From Oikopleura dioica (taxonomy: Eukaryota > Animalia > Chordata), in NCBI GenBank assembly GCA_907165135.1, contig OU015566.1:12338001-12402000 (forward strand): a DNA stretch of 64,000 nucleotides. The letters are read 5' to 3'. Below the pieces are notes generated by a model. That model searched no databases. It worked only from the letters and a program-made list of their open reading frames with translations, and was not told where the DNA came from. The translations under genes were made by a program, and so were the position numbers. Below, one piece after another: positions 1-13,299 of this stretch (its first letter is position 1; every line of letters starts with the position of its first letter).

Positions 1-3000
1 TCCAGAGGTCTTCATTGGATCAACATCAGCTGCACCTCCACCAAGTAAGTTGCCAATCGGACGGGTAGGAGCTTCTACTTCGGGGAAGAAGTCTTCTTTG
101 AGCACAACTTTTGCGACAACTTCTGTAGATGAAGTTAGAGAGCCAGATTGTCCATTGTCGTCGCATGAAACAAGGCAGTAGCTGTCTTTTGGAGTTGTTT
201 TTACTGCAGGAGGCTTTTGGCAGCGAGCAATTACGCGAAGTCGATCAGAGCTTGTTCCGCGGCAGAGTTCCCCGAATGTACTACATGCATCTTCAAATGA
301 TACAAATCCCTTTGAGTCTTTCTTGAGAAGCTTCCATATCCTGCTGCAGATTTCATCACCTAAACATTCAAACTAAGAGAATGTGGTCAAAGGGTCCACT
401 CATGCTACTGATAAGATTTTGCCCTTCCGCGCCATTTTGGCGGTTGTTTGTATTTCTGATAACAATTGTGTTCGGGCTCAATTCATTCTGATTGTAACAA
501 ATTTACATGAAGATGTCTTTTTTAAAGCTTTTTACGAAAAAGAAAAATGAAATTTCAAAGAGACTTGATGAGTTCAACTCGATGGTAGCCGATGAAAAAT
601 ACGAAAAAGAAGACATGATTGCTTCTGCTCAAAATGAAATAAAAAAACACAAGGCGAAGATGAGCAACGATAATAAAGACGCAGCAATCATCGCCAGAGA
701 TATCAAAGACATCACTAATGAAATTGAGTTCTTTGAGGAAAAAATCGCTGAAGGAAAGCAAGCAAAAGCCTCCGCGGAAATAGCTCTCAACGCGAAAACC
801 ATTCAAATTGCCGAAAATGATCGAATCCTTGAGGAATTAGAAGCGAATCTCCAAAAACGAAAGGAAGAAAAGGTAAAGCTTGATGACGATATGATTGAAC
901 GATTGAAAAATCTGGAGGTGAAACAAAAAGAAAATGATGATGTCCCGGAATGCCCCGTATGTTTCAATGCTTACAATGATGGGGAGAACCAGCTCGCCTC
1001 GGCACGATGCGGCCATATGTTCTGCAATGCTTGCATTCGAAAATTAGTGCAGGATGGGAAAAACTGCTCGATGTGCGACAAGAAAATTGAAGCTTGCGAT
1101 GTTCGACGACATTTTATGTTCACATAAATTTTATCCATTGCAATTTCGTCGTTAGGAATAAAATCAATAAATCAAAAACATACCGACCAATCCTTTACCA
1201 AATGGCAAAAGTTCTTTGCCAAGGCTCATCCATAGAGGTCGATCGATGCGAAATTGTGCTTCAGCAGGTTTTTCAGGATCAAACAAGCAGTCTCTTATTT
1301 CTTCGTCATGATATCTTCTACTCATAGCTTCTTCCCGAATAAGCCTGTAAAGCGCTTCGATTTCTTCATATGCAAGCTACAGAAATTAAGTAAAGCATTC
1401 AAATTCAAAGAGGTACCTTCGTAGTGACTCTTCTGCAAGCAGATCTCATCGTGTTATTCTCAAGATCTCTGATAACTCGAAGTCGCTGATCCATTCTTAG
1501 TTTCTCAATCGAATCTGCAGAAATTAGCGAGTAGTGTTGGTAAGCATGTCGGATGAGTTGCGATATCTCCTGGCCAGTTCCAGCTCTTGAATTGAGGACA
1601 TCTTTTGGTGCAGTCTGGTGGCTTTTCGGGGCTGCTTCTCGTGAGAAAACAGACTCAAGATATCCAGAAAGCAGGAGCATGATTTCTCCTTCATCTCTGC
1701 AATCCAAAAGCTAAGAGCGTTACGAAAGTGTATTAGAATAGAAATGTACCTTCTGTTCGTTTTCGCGAAGTATAGCAAGTGCTACTCTGAATATGACAAC
1801 TGCACCATCAAGAAAGAAAGCATCGACAATCATTGTCGCTGCGTGAAAGGGCATTGAAGACAAGAAAATTGTAAGGAACCATGGAAGCGTCAAAGTGTCT
1901 ACTACAGATAATTCTGCCAGACGACCGTGAATTTTTGGTAAGTGCTAAAAATCTTACAAACTTTGACTCTCAAAATAGAACCGACCTGTTTGACAAGTCC
2001 GACAAAAACCCCTTGATCCACAATTGCTCCAACAACTCTTTTATTGTAGTAATCGGGTAAGAGTCGTTCGCAAATCGCGACCAAAAGCCAGAATGCTTGC
2101 TCCTCGTTACAATACAGTAAAAGTACTGCAGTGACGATATTCATCGCCTGGCAGTATCCTATTGAAGGATTTCGGAGAGCATATGCGTTAAGAACGCGTC
2201 GCAGAGCGGAAATGCCCTTGTCTTCCTGAAACGCAGGATGTTCTGGAAGAGCTCTGTGAAGGTCTCGTTCGATTTCATCGGCAGCAATTGAATTGGATTC
2301 GTTGCAAGAGTTCACGTACTCCGCGTACTTCCCAGGGGCGGCTCTAAGTTGATGAAGAGCGCCTGAAAATGTTAACCAAAGCTCTCCACGAAAACAGGTC
2401 GGGATTCCTTTGATAACGAGCTCCTGCAGCTTCGAAGTTCTGTACATAGCTACACCTCGCCCAAACTCTTGAAAGTGAAGCTCCCACAGTTTCATCTTTA
2501 CATCATTAGCAGCCGCTCTAGACGCGTTCTCCAACTCGACTTCCCGGTAATCAATGTCAGCCGCTTTTCTACCAGCTGGTTCTGTCGAGTATTGCTCCGC
2601 CAGCGGAGAACAGACAGTAACAGGAGATGATGCGGATGGCATTGGAGTGCGTATTTGCGTCCAAAAATTTCTGATGATTTTCAGGACATCGTCGCGATCG
2701 GGAATGCTTCCGAAAAAGAAGTTTTGCTTCGCTTTATTTTCGTTATTGATCAACGGCTCCGAAACGGAGATAGAGATACCCGACTTGACAGCGTTAGACG
2801 AGTCCATCCCTTCGACATGGGTTACGAAACGAAGAGGGATGACGAGCGTCAATGAATTGGGAAGAGAAGATTTGAAACAAACAAAGTTCTTGAAGACAAA
2901 AAGCCCGCCCGATTCAGCCCTATTTCGCTCGAACGCACAGTGCAGAACGCAGTCGGTCTTTCCATCAAGTATTTCGGCGGAGGGGAGGCGAAAGAAAAAT

Positions 3001-3871
3001 CGAATTTTGTCGGTTCGCTGGCGCTTATCGAGGCGGCTCTTAAGGCTCTCGGTCTTGGCTTTGATCTGTCGCCCGCTGTCGAGATCGGTGCGCTGCGGGT
3101 CGCCGTCCATTAGGTTTCTGCAAGCGATGTCGGCAAGCTGTTGCATCGTTTTGTAGGGTTCTTCGCTCACGAAGTGGAAGGAGAAATTGTCGTTTTTCGC
3201 ACGAACCTAGGATCGTCCAATTAATTTACCAAATGGTCACTAAATCGATTTACCTTGACAACATACGATAAGAAGCCAGACTTGAGTTCCAGTTTTTCCA
3301 CATCAATCCATCTACACACCACTTTCAGCTCACTTCCAAAAACATACGAATAAAAAGACAAATGATTCACCGACAAGTAAATCTGCCCAGGTCTGTTGCT
3401 ATAAGTACACATGAAGAAATTGACGAGCCGTTCTGAATCGGGATAACTGAAAGTTTGGCGGAATTTTATCGACGCTTCTTTGAGTTTCTTCGGCTCTTGG
3501 GATGATCGTTCTTTTTCCGCCCTAGAGGCGAGTGAGTTGATTTTGGCCAGAACGAAGGTTGTTCGATCTTCTTGGTCGTCCATTTCTGCGAGCATCGGGA
3601 CGCATTCCTTCTCAAGATAATCCCAACGCGAGCGTATTTCACCCTCATCCCATCCAGCCGCAATTTGATATCTAGAATCGAGCTCATCAACAACATAAAG
3701 TATTCTCCAGGGCAGGATGTTCGTCATAAACGAGTCCATCGACTTGAGAAGAGCTCCGGGAAGCCCGATATCTCCGCCATGGCCACGTCGTTTTTCTAAA
3801 AAGAACCATTCGTTGCACTGCTCGGTCGTCCAAAGCGCTGAGGGCGAGACCAGCTCGGGTTTAATCCACAT
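1..3871 (-). CDS. TBC1D9: TBC1 domain family member 8/9-like Rab-GAP (GRAM-GRAM-TBC-EF region), multi-exon, 3' end runs off the window start
   Basis: N-terminus MWIKPELVSPSALW resembles TBC1D8/9. TBC catalytic motifs IERDLHR and GYCQAMN lie in ORF 1902-3170. The frame was followed by hand through GT-AG introns, including 360-1183, to position 1. Confidence 0.9.
507..1127 (+). CDS. Intronless coiled-coil + C3HC4 RING finger protein, nested antisense in TBC1D9 intron 360-1183
   Basis: 206-aa ORF with heptad-rich N-terminus and CPVC...CGHMFCNAC...CSMC RING-HC pattern. Confidence 0.8.
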   Translation: MKMSFLKLFTKKKNEISKRLDEFNSMVADEKYEKEDMIASAQNEIKKHKAKMSNDNKDAAIIARDIKDITNEIEFFEEKIAEGKQAKASAEIALNAKTIQIAENDRILEELEANLQKRKEEKVKLDDDMIERLKNLEVKQKENDDVPECPVCFNAYNDGENQLASARCGHMFCNACIRKLVQDGKNCSMCDKKIEACDVRRHFMFT

Positions 3872-4091
3872 TCATCAGATTTCTGAAAGAATTTTTTGAA
3901 GACTAGATCTGTTTTAGGTTTGTGTAGATATCTCAATATACAATAAATCGAGTAGGAATAAATCTAAGACGGAATCGCGCTTCAGGCGGGTTCTGATATC
4001 GCCAAAGGCGTAGGCACTGATAGGTAAATGAAGGAATTGCACTTTGTTACAGAAAATTAAGGAGAAAATCTAGATGAAACTACTGCAGAAT

Positions 4092-5786
4092 CTAGTAAAC
4101 TAACCCAGCGACATAATATCTTATAAATAGAGCAAGAGCACAACCGAGAACTTGCTGAAAGAGTAAGATCTTTGTCAAACTTGCTTCAGACACGGAACCA
4201 ACTAACTTTAATGTCAGATTAAGGTTCGTCAAGTTGTTGAGCTCAATTTCATCATCTTCAAGTTCCTTGGTCCAAATGGTTCCAGTGAGTTTTCCAGCTG
4301 TGATCCATAGTTTTCCAATTATGTTCAATTTTGACCATTTTACTCTTGTCGTTGACATTTCTCGTAAGCCAGTTTCTGAGTTAAAACGAGGAAGACGATG
4401 GCGAGGGCAGGGAATGATGTGGAACAGCTGGGGCAGGCCGTAGACGAAATTGAAGATCTGAAAGATTTATTCCGTATTGTTGTTCGAAGCTCAGTTTTAC
4501 CTGAGGGATGAAAAACAAGAGGCCGGTTTTGGAAAATCTTCCGATAATCGAAGTTGTGGCCAGAGTACATCCAGCCCAGTAACAAAAAGTATCGCCGACG
4601 AAAACCTCTGCTGGATACCAGTTCTTAAAATAAAAATTGTCACCTGTAAAGATATCGAAATACTACCCTTCTAACGAGCCCAAAAACGCACCCGACGAAT
4701 GGGACCATGAGTGAAAGTGATCGGTAGTGGCAGGCCAGGTGCTCTAATATTAATATGATGTTACTAGAGAAACATGGACTGCCAAACCTTCTGACAATTT
4801 GCCATTATAAAGCTCTATCAAATTGTAGCAAATGAAACCCAAGCCGATGATAAAACTCTGACCAGCTAAAATAGAAGTTGAAAATTAAATGGTAAACATA
4901 GCTTGTTCTAACCCTCGAGGCCATTGACGCCAGACAGGATGTTGATTGCATTCAGACAGAAAATGATCAGGGCAAGAAGATAGCAGTAGTAAAGCGGACC
5001 AAGTTGGAGGATCCCTTCTTTAGAAAGGAGGTTGAAATCGAAGATGGTTAGTTCGAAGCCGCGAAGAAATTTGGGCAAGAGAACTGAAGTCTCCCCGTTG
5101 ACGATGAAGTAAACCGTGAGAAGTGGCACAGTAGAAACAGCTAAAAAGAGACCATAAGTTTCGATAAGACCCGGGTGAGTGATTTTTTAAACGCTTTTTA
5201 TTGGTACTATAGCGTCGCATGTATCTCCTGACCGGTGTTTGAGAAAAGGGATCGACCCTGATTTCGGTTGCCTGTTGGGTCGAAGTGCCGACCAAAGAGA
5301 CGTCGAACTAAAAACTGGTGGTCGGTGCCTACCGCCCTCTGCCAACCTGTCATTCGATACAGATTAATCTCCGCAAAATTAAAATGAAGCGAAACAAACC
5401 TGGAGCCCACAGCTTATGTCTCCATCGAAGATTTAGGACGTCGTCCACGAAGCCAAGGAAAGCAGCAGAAGTTATCGTCAACAAAGCTCCGAGAAAAAGC
5501 ACCAGATCTACGTTTGAGTCCAAGAATGGAATTTGAATCACTGAATATCAATAATATTTACTCTCTGAAGATCATCAGTACCGGCTAAGACGAGAAAAAC
5601 AACGGCAGAAATGAGTCCCAGTGATTCAGGAACAAGAGGTCGGTCAGCGCGGCCCATATCGTTGCCCTTCAATCCCGCATCAATAAAGGATTGCTTCGCG
5701 CTTGAAATCGCGCGTTCAGATATTTTCCATCCGAGAAGAAAAATCACCGGATAAAGCAAACACCCCGAGCAGATATCGACATCCAT
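4092..5786 (-). CDS. DPAGT1: UDP-GlcNAc:dolichyl-phosphate GlcNAc-1-phosphotransferase, multi-exon
   Basis: [51 protein letters not shown] and C-terminal [11 protein letters not shown] match the GPT/DPAGT1 family. The ATG is preceded by TTTCAG. Confidence 0.92.
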
Positions 5787-5853
5787 TTCTGAAACGAAAA
5801 GTTGAGAACTGTGGAATCAACAAGGAATTAAGTAGATTTGAAAAGGAAGTATA

Positions 5854-6196
5854 CAATTAGCCTGGGTCTCAGACCCAGGATTCGTTTCAAAAGTGACGCC
5901 TGGGTCTCAGACCCAGGTTACCCCCTCAGAAGTGACGCCTGGGTCCAATACCCAGGATTCATTTAAAAATTGGCATTTTGGGCAGACTTCGTCGATTGAT
6001 TCTCTGAAAACTCTCAGATCTATTTGCCCCTTACCACGGGGCTTCGCCCCTTAGGTCCTAAAATGCCGGGGTCTAGTCTAGGGTTACTTAGGGTTACCTT
6101 CAGTTAGGGTTAGGGTTAGGGTTAGGGTTAGGGTTAGGGTTAGGGTTAGAAATGAACTTTTGAAATGAATCCTGGGTCTGAGACCCAGGCTAATTG
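5854..6196. mobile_element. Non-autonomous TIR element (MITE-like) with hairpin-containing TIRs and internal telomeric repeats
   Basis: 41-bp inverted repeats at 5854-5894 and 6156-6196 with 1 mismatch. No ORF. Internal repeats of CCTGGGTC..ACCCAGG. Confidence 0.75.
6104..6149 (+). repeat. Interstitial telomeric repeat (TTAGGG)7 + TTAG
   Basis: Seven perfect TTAGGG units, preceded by degenerate TAGGGTTAC units at 6079-6098. Confidence 0.95.
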
Positions 6197-6227
6197 CATC
6201 CTTCCTTTGAAAAAGTGGCAGGAAGAA

Positions 6228-8207
6228 TTAGAGCTTGGACAGATCCATGGTCATGTAGTCATCTTCAGATTCGCTATCCGAGGCTGGCTTCTTGTTTGAT
6301 GAATTTTCTGGAGAAACGACGGCTTCTTCCTCTTCATCAAACCATGCGTCGGTCAAGTCGTTGTCTTTTACTGAATCGCGAACATCGAGAGAGTCATAAT
6401 CTGAAGATGAATGTCAATTTCAAAAGGAGATGCAATTTTTACCGAATTCAGGGTCTTTTCCGTCGACAAAGCGTTCCTTCATAAGATTCAAAAACTCCTC
6501 TTGTCTTTCTTCTGGACTTAGATCTTCGTTTATCAGGTCCGCTACAGGTTCTTCCTGCTCTTCGTCCTTGTCTTCATCATTTTCTTCTTCCTCCTCTTCG
6601 TCTTCTTCTTCCTCGTAGTCCGGATCACTTGGGTCTTTCATCTTGTTGCCTTAACAATATTCTAGAGCATCTTTCTAGTTTTTTATAATTACTATGGTTT
6701 TTTCTACTTGAGATCAGTTTATAATTATGCCATGGAACCAAGAGCTCGATTTGAGAACGCTTGAGTCTCATCCGCCATTTTTAGAAGACGAAAAAAATGT
6801 TTTCGATCAAATCAATTTTGAGCTTAACTTATCCGCCATTTTTGGAATGGGGACTGCATCCGTTTAATACAGAATGATACCGATGACGAACAATTTAGTG
6901 AGGAATCATGGCTGGCTTGGATTTCTCAATATTCTGATGGTTTGTCTTTTATCATTCTAGACCACTTTTCGGTGATAATTATTGTTGGTTTTAAAATACA
7001 GTTAGTTTTGATTGCATGTCGGCCCGTCCCGGACTTGACGTTAGAACCGATGTCGGTCCCCCGCCCGTCCTCGAGGAAGAGAAAAAGATCTTCGATCAAA
7101 TTCTTTTCGAGAAAAATATCGCAGCCATGTTTGGCATTGGAACCGCGTATTTAACATACAAAGCGCATCCAGTTACGCGCAGAATAGTAAAAAATCATGG
7201 ATGGATTGGGTTTCTCAATGTTTTAACGGTCACAATCGAAAAAGTCTCGTTCAAGGAACATATTGTATTTAGGTTGGAGGAATAATCGGTGTCGGAAGTT
7301 GGCTAGCAAGTGGAAGACGAAGCCAAATCTACGAAAATTTACCAGGAAAGGCTCGAGAACACTAGAAAAACATTTTTCTCTAATCCGACGAAGCAGCCTA
7401 ATTAGACGGGTACTTCCGCAAAATCAAAGTCGAGAACATGCCCGATTCAATCGAAGAAAAGAAAAAGTACTTCGACCAATTTCCCCATGAATTGCGACAA
7501 CGAGAACGGGTCATTGGCATCTTCCGACTTCAAACACCGATGCCGACGGTTTCACAACAAGCCGAGAACCAAGGACGCCCTTATGTCACATACGCTCAGC
7601 TCCGCGCTAAAGCGAAAGAAAGCGACAAACTTATTGCAGAACAAAACGATAAGCTGATCAACAAATAAATTCGCAGAAGAAAACTTACTGTGAAAGGGCT
7701 TGTCGATTTTTCGCTCGCCAGTGTCGGGGTCTTTTTCTTGCATCCAGCATCGCATCAGAACGTCTGAGAATTTCATTTCTTTTGGTCGTCCGACGGCATC
7801 TTTTCCCACAACTTGGTCATATAATCCTGGATCTCTTTCTTTCGCTAGAAAAACTATTAAGTAGCAGTTAAAGTTAGAAAGAACCTTTTGCTAACTCAAA
7901 ATAACCATTTTTCTCCAGCTCGAGCATTGCCGCATATCTTCAAGTATTCAGTAACTTTGACAGGACATTTTACTAGACATTCAACATTTCTCGGCATTTA
8001 CCTCTTGTTCCTGGTTTCTCGATGCTTCATCTTTTCGACAATAGCTTCGCAATCATCAATGGCGAAGGGATTTAGATGATTGAGATCGGCGACTTTTAGA
8101 TGATGCCAGAACTGACGGATGATCTCTTCATCTGACAGGTTCTTGATGGCGTCTAAGGATATTCCTCTTGTATGGCAAATCCGACGGAATATGCGCTCTT
8201 GTTCCAT
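6228..8207 (-). CDS. CCDC97: Coiled-coil domain-containing protein 97 (DUF2052), multi-exon
   Basis: ETRNKRYAAMLELEKNGYF...RDPGLYDQVVG, acidic tract, ERQEEFLNLMKERFVDGKDPEFDYDSLD and DAWFDEEE. Long intron 6650-7688 has GT-AG ends in phase 1. Confidence 0.8.
6727..6960 (+). pseudogene. Degenerate tandem copy of exon 1 of the downstream nested gene, with in-frame TAA at 6865-6867
   Basis: Translates to ...ELDLRTLESHPPFLEDEKNVFDQINFELNLSAIFGMGTASV*YRMIPMTNNLVRNHGWLGFLNILMV, colinear with the 7016 exon. Confidence 0.7.
7016..7668 (+). CDS. OCIA-domain (Asrij/OCIAD)-like small membrane protein, about 3 exons, nested antisense in the CCDC97 intron
   Basis: EEEKKIFDQ followed by two hydrophobic segments; C-terminal YVTYAQLRAK resembles OCIAD1 ITYEELRNK. 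The second intron is inferred GA-AG (7346-7405). Family assignment is tentative. Confidence 0.55.
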
Positions 8208-8574
8208 TCTACATTGAATTAGATAAATTTAGAGTGAGTAGAAGAAGTTATAAATTATCTAACTGAAGATAGGAAGGAACTGATTAATTAAACTTTTAAA
8301 AAAGTCGTTGTCCGTAATAATAAATCTCAATATTCGTAACGATACAGATATTGGAGAGCGAACTACAGGTTGAGCACAAAAGAGAGAAGTGTAATTTCAA
8401 AGTGCAAAAACGAAACATACAGAAAATAATAAATTGAATAAGAATGAATGTACTACAGCTAGCAAGTAAGGCACAAGATGATGAATTTCAGGGTTAGTTT
8501 GTGAGTTGGAGCAATACAGAAAATACGAGCTCTTGTATTAAAACTTTGATTGTTTCGATAGATAGTTTCAATTT

Positions 8575-10666
8575 TTAAATATTCAACATTTCCCATAAAA
8601 TTTGCTGGCTGTCTGATCCAGTGCAAGTTCTCACTCTGAACGAGCCCAGATCAGATCCATCAAGGCAGAGGTGAGGAAAGTCTTCTAGCTTGATATTCGT
8701 ACCGACATAATTCCATCTTTGATGAGAATTGGCTTCTCTAACTTCTGCGTTGCTCACGCAATCAGCGAGGATGACCTTTGCGCCGTCGGTTGGTGTCGTG
8801 TCGGGGGTGCCAAAGCATTTATTCACGTACTTTCCGTCTTTCATTTGGACTGGCTGTTGGAAAAGACCAGTGAACTTCTTCAAGACGAGTTGTTGCTTGT
8901 CCATGTCTTGATAGCTCGGATTGTTCAAGCCTTGGTTGCAGTTTGCTGCTCCTAGCTGACCATAAACGCCCGATTTATTGGATTTTGTTGGGAAGACGTT
9001 GAGACAGTGTTCTCCTCGTTTAGCATGACCCCAAGCAACGGAGTTGCGTTCAGGAACATATTGACGAGGATAGACGTTTTCCAGGTACCATTTGAAGCCC
9101 TTACATTGCAGCTTTTCCTACAAAAGAGTTTACCGAAATCCCTGAAATAAAATATTACCTTAAAATGTTCCCTAACAGACAGATCTCCTGGCTCAATACT
9201 CTTAGCATTTGGTCTTGTTCCATAGTAGAAATCGGTGTATTCATCCATCCACGTATGAACGAATCTATTGTTGTTCTTGACAAAGACATTGTTTGAACCC
9301 TTCTTTCCAAAATCGTATGGATGTTCGTCTCTGAAAACGTGGCCGACTCTTGAGCAGGGAAGAATTTCCATTTCTCCGCCGCATTGCCACACTCGAAAAG
9401 AGAATTCGATGTTTTCTCCGCCCCAGATGTCCATTTGATCATCGTATTCTCCCAACTCGTGGAACCACGCTTTTGAGATTGAAAACAATCCGCCAGCGAT
9501 TGTTGGGCTCCGGAGTCCTATAAAGCAACATTATAAGAGAGTTAATTCAACCACCAACCTCTCGTGTGATCCATGGTGCTTGTCCCTCTCTGAGTCAGCC
9601 AATCCCATCTGAAAACCATCGCCCAAGAAACTCCACCGGTCAAAAACGCATCAGCACCAATGTATTTGAAGGTATCTTTGTTGATGACGTCGATGATAGG
9701 AGCAACGACAATTTTGGGGTTTTGTTGGATTCGCTGCATCAAAGGTTGGATCCAGTTTCTGTTCACTTCGACGTGACTATCGAGGAAAGTCAGAGTATCA
9801 CCAGTAGCGACCATAGCAGCGCGGATACGAGCTCGAATGAGGCCTTGCCGTTCGCGGTTGACGATCAACTTGACTTTCTCGATCTTGATCAGTTCCATTC
9901 CAACGTTTGGATCGCTAGAAACGACTCTTATTTTTGAAATGATGGTCAAGTTTACCTAGAAGCATCATCGACGAGAACAATTTCTTTCAAAATATTAGCT
10001 GGTGTTCTTCGAATGACGGAAACGATAGTTCGCAAAAGCGTCGATCTCAATTCGTTATGAAAGGTGATAATAATTGAGGTCGTTGGAAGCCCTTCAGAAG
10101 GATATTCTTGAGACGGACAAGATCCTAGGCGAGTGTCTGGGATATTTCGATCCATCGGAATGTCGTCGGAAACGAGCTGGTTAAACGCTGCGGTTTTATA
10201 GGCGTCCTTTTTGTTCGTGACTCGGCCGGCATTGATGTATTTGCGGATATTGAAATCATTCCAAGACACTTTCTCGTGTGAATCGTAGACGTCTTCGTTG
10301 TCCACAATTCTAGCTTTTTTATACAGCTTTATTTGGTTAATCCGGATTCTTACTACTCTATTATTGAAAATCGGTTTAAACCAATTCCTCGAATGATTCT
10401 TCTTCGACTTCATTTCGAGCAACAAAGTCTGTGGGTACAAATTCAGGCACTTCGTATTTGACTCTGACGATCTTCTGATTCTTTGCAAGGAAAAAATCGA
10501 AAACTTCAAGTGGACAGAAAAGCAGAATTCCAAGAACAAGAGCGGACACAATTCCAATAAGTTGAGGAGTCGAGAAACTGGAAGATTTTTTGGATCCTTT
10601 GGAGATTTTCGAAGCGACGGATTGAGAAGAAGGTTTAGTGACATTTCTTTTACGAACACCGGACAT
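8575..10666 (-). CDS. Polypeptide N-acetylgalactosaminyltransferase (GALNT family), multi-exon
   Basis: Type II TM anchor, FHNE, LVDDAS, FLDSH (DxH), WGGEN, PCSRVGHVFR and a C-terminal ricin-B lectin domain. Confidence 0.95.
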
Positions 10667-10904
10667 TTTCAGAAAGCGATCTCGATAATCTGATCTAAAA
10701 ATATTTCGAATAATAAACTCGCTGTCAATTTTTTCTGCTGTAAATATAAATAGTCGATGAATTTCGAGATGGTCTATCGATTCTTTGGCTAACAGTCTTT
10801 TATTTAATAGGTTTATGATGTTAAGAACGCATTTTACACATTTTTTGTTTATCATTTTATTTAGTTGTTAATAAATAACAATAACTATAAATTATTGCTA
10901 TAAA

Positions 10905-11159
10905 TTATTCATTATTTTTCGTAAGAGACAAAGAGGCAAACTGATCAGCAAGAGAAAGCTTCTTCAACTTCAACGGCTTCATACATCTCGGACGATCCTT
11001 CGCCACTTCCCCGCTAATGAGCAGCTTTCTCAGCGATGCAAATCTGTTCCCCTCCACAACAATATCATCATCTTCAATCGCCATTGGCATTTTTCTGTAA
11101 AAGAAGGCAAAGTCCATCGCAAGTTTGAGTCCGTCTTCCGATACGATTAAATTCTTCAT
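10905..11159 (-). CDS. Hypothetical small protein (possibly last exon of a short gene)
   Basis: 84-aa ORF in operon-like position between MDH1 and GALNT; the frame extends a few codons upstream. No recognisable family. Confidence 0.3.
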   Translation of the reverse strand: MKNLIVSEDGLKLAMDFAFFYRKMPMAIEDDDIVVEGNRFASLRKLLISGEVAKDRPRCMKPLKLKKLSLADQFASLSLTKNNE

Positions 11160-11660
11160 TTCATGTTTTGAGGGCTTGTCGAAAAATCCGGAGATAATTT
11201 CGTCGAATTCATACTTTTTCTCGGTTTATCAAGCACTCATTTAGCGAAAACAGCTTCATCCAAATTGAAGATGATAGAAACCTGTAACTGTAAGTATCCC
11301 CTGTTAATTTTCTTAATTTTCAGGGTTCCCGCTGCGATAACCCTTCTAGGCATGCATCTACATCTGAAATTCCACGATAAACGACTATTAATCACTGCAA
11401 ATCAACTGTATATGGCTGAATAAGGCTAGATAGATAAGTTGAATGTATAAGTTGCACAAATCTCTGAGTCTGAGCGAAGTAAATACATGTAAAACGTTTG
11501 GTTTTTTTAGATTGAAGATTTTTTTAATCAGAACGAAACACAATTGTTTTTTAAACACATAGACTGGCACAGGTATCATTTTTAGACAACAAAACAGTGA
11601 ACTTGGAGGACGATGATTTGATACGATCGCGTAACTTTAAATTAGAGGCCGTTTCTCTTT

Positions 11661-13220
<1,560 letters not shown>

Positions 13221-13299
13221 TTATCAGTAGGGTCTAAATGAAAACTTTTTGTAAGTGACGATTGGGAATGAACAAATAAATAACATGTAGCGGGCGCGT

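Noticed and set aside
2554-3156. 200-aa plus-strand ORF
   Set aside because: Antisense shadow of TBC1D9 coding sequence; no motifs.
6104-6149. True chromosome end or fusion scar
   Set aside because: Only 7 units, enclosed by TIRs, with intact co-oriented genes on both sides.
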